From Myxococcota bacterium (GTDB lineage Bacteria; Myxococcota_A; Polyangia; Polyangiales; Sandaracinaceae), in contig JAYZQJ010000097.1 in the NCBI GenBank assembly GCA_036149055.1, positions 1 to 64,000 of the forward strand: a stretch of 64,000 nt of DNA, in the 5' to 3' direction. Position numbers and translations under genes: made by a program. Positions within the stretch are counted from its first letter, which is position 1. Every line of letters starts with the position of its first letter. Under the pieces are notes generated by a model. The model was not told the DNA's origin, ran no database searches, and saw only the letters and a list, made by a program, of their open reading frames with translations. Of this stretch, positions 62,290-64,000 are shown one piece after another.

Positions 62290-63432
62290 ATGAACCGACC
62301 CGAGCACTGGTGGCGCGATCGACCGAGCTGGCTGGACGCGCTGTACGATACCGAGAGCGAGCTGCGCTGGCTGTCCGAGGCGGAGTCGCGCGGGAGGCTG
62401 CACGATCTGGCGAGCGCGTCGACCGATCCGCGCTCCGGTGGCTGGGCCATGCTCCTCCGCGAGGGCGCCGCCGCCCCGACGACCGCGGTGGCGGTGGCGG
62501 AGCTCCCAGCGCGCTCCGATCGGACGGGACAGACGCCGTACCACCCCACGCTCTGGGTGGACACGAGGCAGCCCGACCGGTGGTGGCTCGCGCTCGACGC
62601 GATGGCGCCTCCTCCGGCCTGGATCGACGCCGGCGCGAGCGAGGGCGCGCTGCGCGAGGCCTACGCGCCTTACCGCCCCGAGGGCCTGCTCCCCGAGCCC
62701 AGCCTCTACCGTGAGCACTCGTTCTTCGTGTGCTTCGCCGACGAGGCCCCGCTCGACCGGCTCGCGCAGATGGTCGCGTCCTGCCCCCTGATGGACGGGG
62801 CGCTCGTCTGGGGCAGCGCGTGCGCCCACGACCCCTGGAAGGCGTCGGTTCGGATGCCCGCGATCGAGCTGCAGCGGGCCGTCGCCGAGGATCTCCGGCA
62901 GCACGGCGGCAAGCAAGCGAGCTTCACGTGGCGCAGCGCCTTCAGCCAGAGCGTGATCCGGCTGCGAGAGCACCGCCTGCGGGTGACCGTGTGTGACGTC
63001 CGCTACCGGCCTGCGAGCTCCGGCTCCACCGTCGCCGCGCTCGCGGCCCTGCGCGGGGTCGACTACCCGGCCGATCTGCCCGTCGACGTGGCGGCGGGGC
63101 TGCTCGCGCTCCCGCAGGAGACGTCGGCCGCCCTCGAGGCGCGCCTCCGCGACGCGGCGCCACCGGACCTCGAGGCCGAGGAGGCCGGCATGCCGTCGCC
63201 GGTGGTCGTCGACGCGCTCGCCTACGCGGTGCTCCACGCGCACGACCTGCCGCGGGCCCAGTGGGTGGTGAAGGAAGCGCTCGGCCGCTCGCCCTACGAG
63301 CGGCAGGCAGGCCGGCTCATCGCCAAGCACCTCGGCCTCTACGCCGACCTCGCCGAGCTCGTCGCGCGTGAGCCCGACCCGTCGCGGCTCGGGCGCGAGA
63401 GCTGGCTCCTCGACCTCGGAGATCCGTCATGA
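62290..63432 (+). CDS. Hypothetical protein
   Basis: About 380 aa ORF with typical GC3 bias; ATGA overlap with the next gene. Confidence 0.65.
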   Translation: MNRPEHWWRDRPSWLDALYDTESELRWLSEAESRGRLHDLASASTDPRSGGWAMLLREGAAAPTTAVAVAELPARSDRTGQTPYHPTLWVDTRQPDRWWLALDAMAPPPAWIDAGASEGALREAYAPYRPEGLLPEPSLYREHSFFVCFADEAPLDRLAQMVASCPLMDGALVWGSACAHDPWKASVRMPAIELQRAVAEDLRQHGGKQASFTWRSAFSQSVIRLREHRLRVTVCDVRYRPASSGSTVAALAALRGVDYPADLPVDVAAGLLALPQETSAALEARLRDAAPPDLEAEEAGMPSPVVVDALAYAVLHAHDLPRAQWVVKEALGRSPYERQAGRLIAKHLGLYADLAELVAREPDPSRLGRESWLLDLGDPS

Positions 63433-64000
63433 AGATGTTCCTGATCACCCGCCGCGACGCCGACCGCGTCGCCCTGCACGAGCGGCTCGAGGGCGCCGGA
63501 TGGCGCGCCTTCGAGGCCGAGGAGTACCCGGTGTTCCGCGAGTGGCGCGACCCCGAGGGCGCGCCCCTCACCTACGAGGAGGTGGGGCCGCTCGGGGTGC
63601 GGGTGCTCGGTTGTCGCGGCGCGCTCCCCGACTGTCTCTCGGACTGGGGCGGGCTCGTCGCGCTCGATTCGGTAGGGCCCGACGGCGGGCCGCTCGGCGC
63701 CGGCTGGAAGCTCGAGGCGCTGCGCGCGAGGATGGACCTCGGGTTCGACGAGGCGCGCCTCGCGCCGCTGATCGAGGTGGCGTGCGGGGACGATCCGCGC
63801 GCCGCGGGGGTGGTGCTGCGGACCGTCTCGACGGTGGCGTACATGGAGCCGCTCCTCCGCGCCGTCGCCGCCCGCTTCGACGCGGAGACCGAGCGCGGCC
63901 GCTACGCGCGGGCGATGCTCGACCACGTCGCGCCGGACGATCCGGTCGTGATCGCGCGGCGCCGCGCCGCGGCCGTGCCGGGCCTCGAGCGCCTGCGCGC
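63429..64000 (+). CDS. Hypothetical protein, partial (runs off the window)
   Basis: MKMFLITRRDADRVALHERL...; open to the window end; GGAG RBS. Confidence 0.6.
   Translation, partial: MKMFLITRRDADRVALHERLEGAGWRAFEAEEYPVFREWRDPEGAPLTYEEVGPLGVRVLGCRGALPDCLSDWGGLVALDSVGPDGGPLGAGWKLEALRARMDLGFDEARLAPLIEVACGDDPRAAGVVLRTVSTVAYMEPLLRAVAARFDAETERGRYARAMLDHVAPDDPVVIARRRAAAVPGLERLR

Overview
Very GC-rich chromosomal window from a myxobacterium. The assignment (Polyangiales/Sandaracinaceae-like) is inferred from six Hanks-type Ser/Thr kinases, four MYXO-CTERM proteins and many Cys-rich lipoproteins. About 50 mostly ordinary genes are present: RecQ, CbpA/CbpM, class II photolyase, MATE, alpha-2-macroglobulin + PBP1C, cyclophilin, PhoX, RsmF-like methyltransferase, two-component systems and secreted hydrolases. 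The standout is the 2.4-kb gene-free interval at about 3.9-6.3 kb, which reads as a complete minus-strand non-coding transcription unit. It has a sigma70-type promoter with a 16-bp spacer (6026-5999), about 2.1 kb densely packed with hairpins capped by GNRA/UUCG tetraloops, an rRNA-type boxA (ATCTTTGAAAAC) at the midpoint, and an intrinsic terminator (3933-3894). It matches no RNA class I recognise and is a candidate giant structured ncRNA. Directly upstream lies a helically phased array of DnaA boxes plus an AT-rich repeat segment, a candidate oriC with no dnaA in the window. Other notable items: a frameshifted tandem HU/IHF-LRR fusion, a thioester-less alpha-2-macroglobulin coupled to pbpC, a composite inverted-repeat/minisatellite element at about 18.8-19.7 kb, and a kinase-receiver fusion broken at a 7-bp repeat. 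All calls come from reading the sequence; no searches were run.
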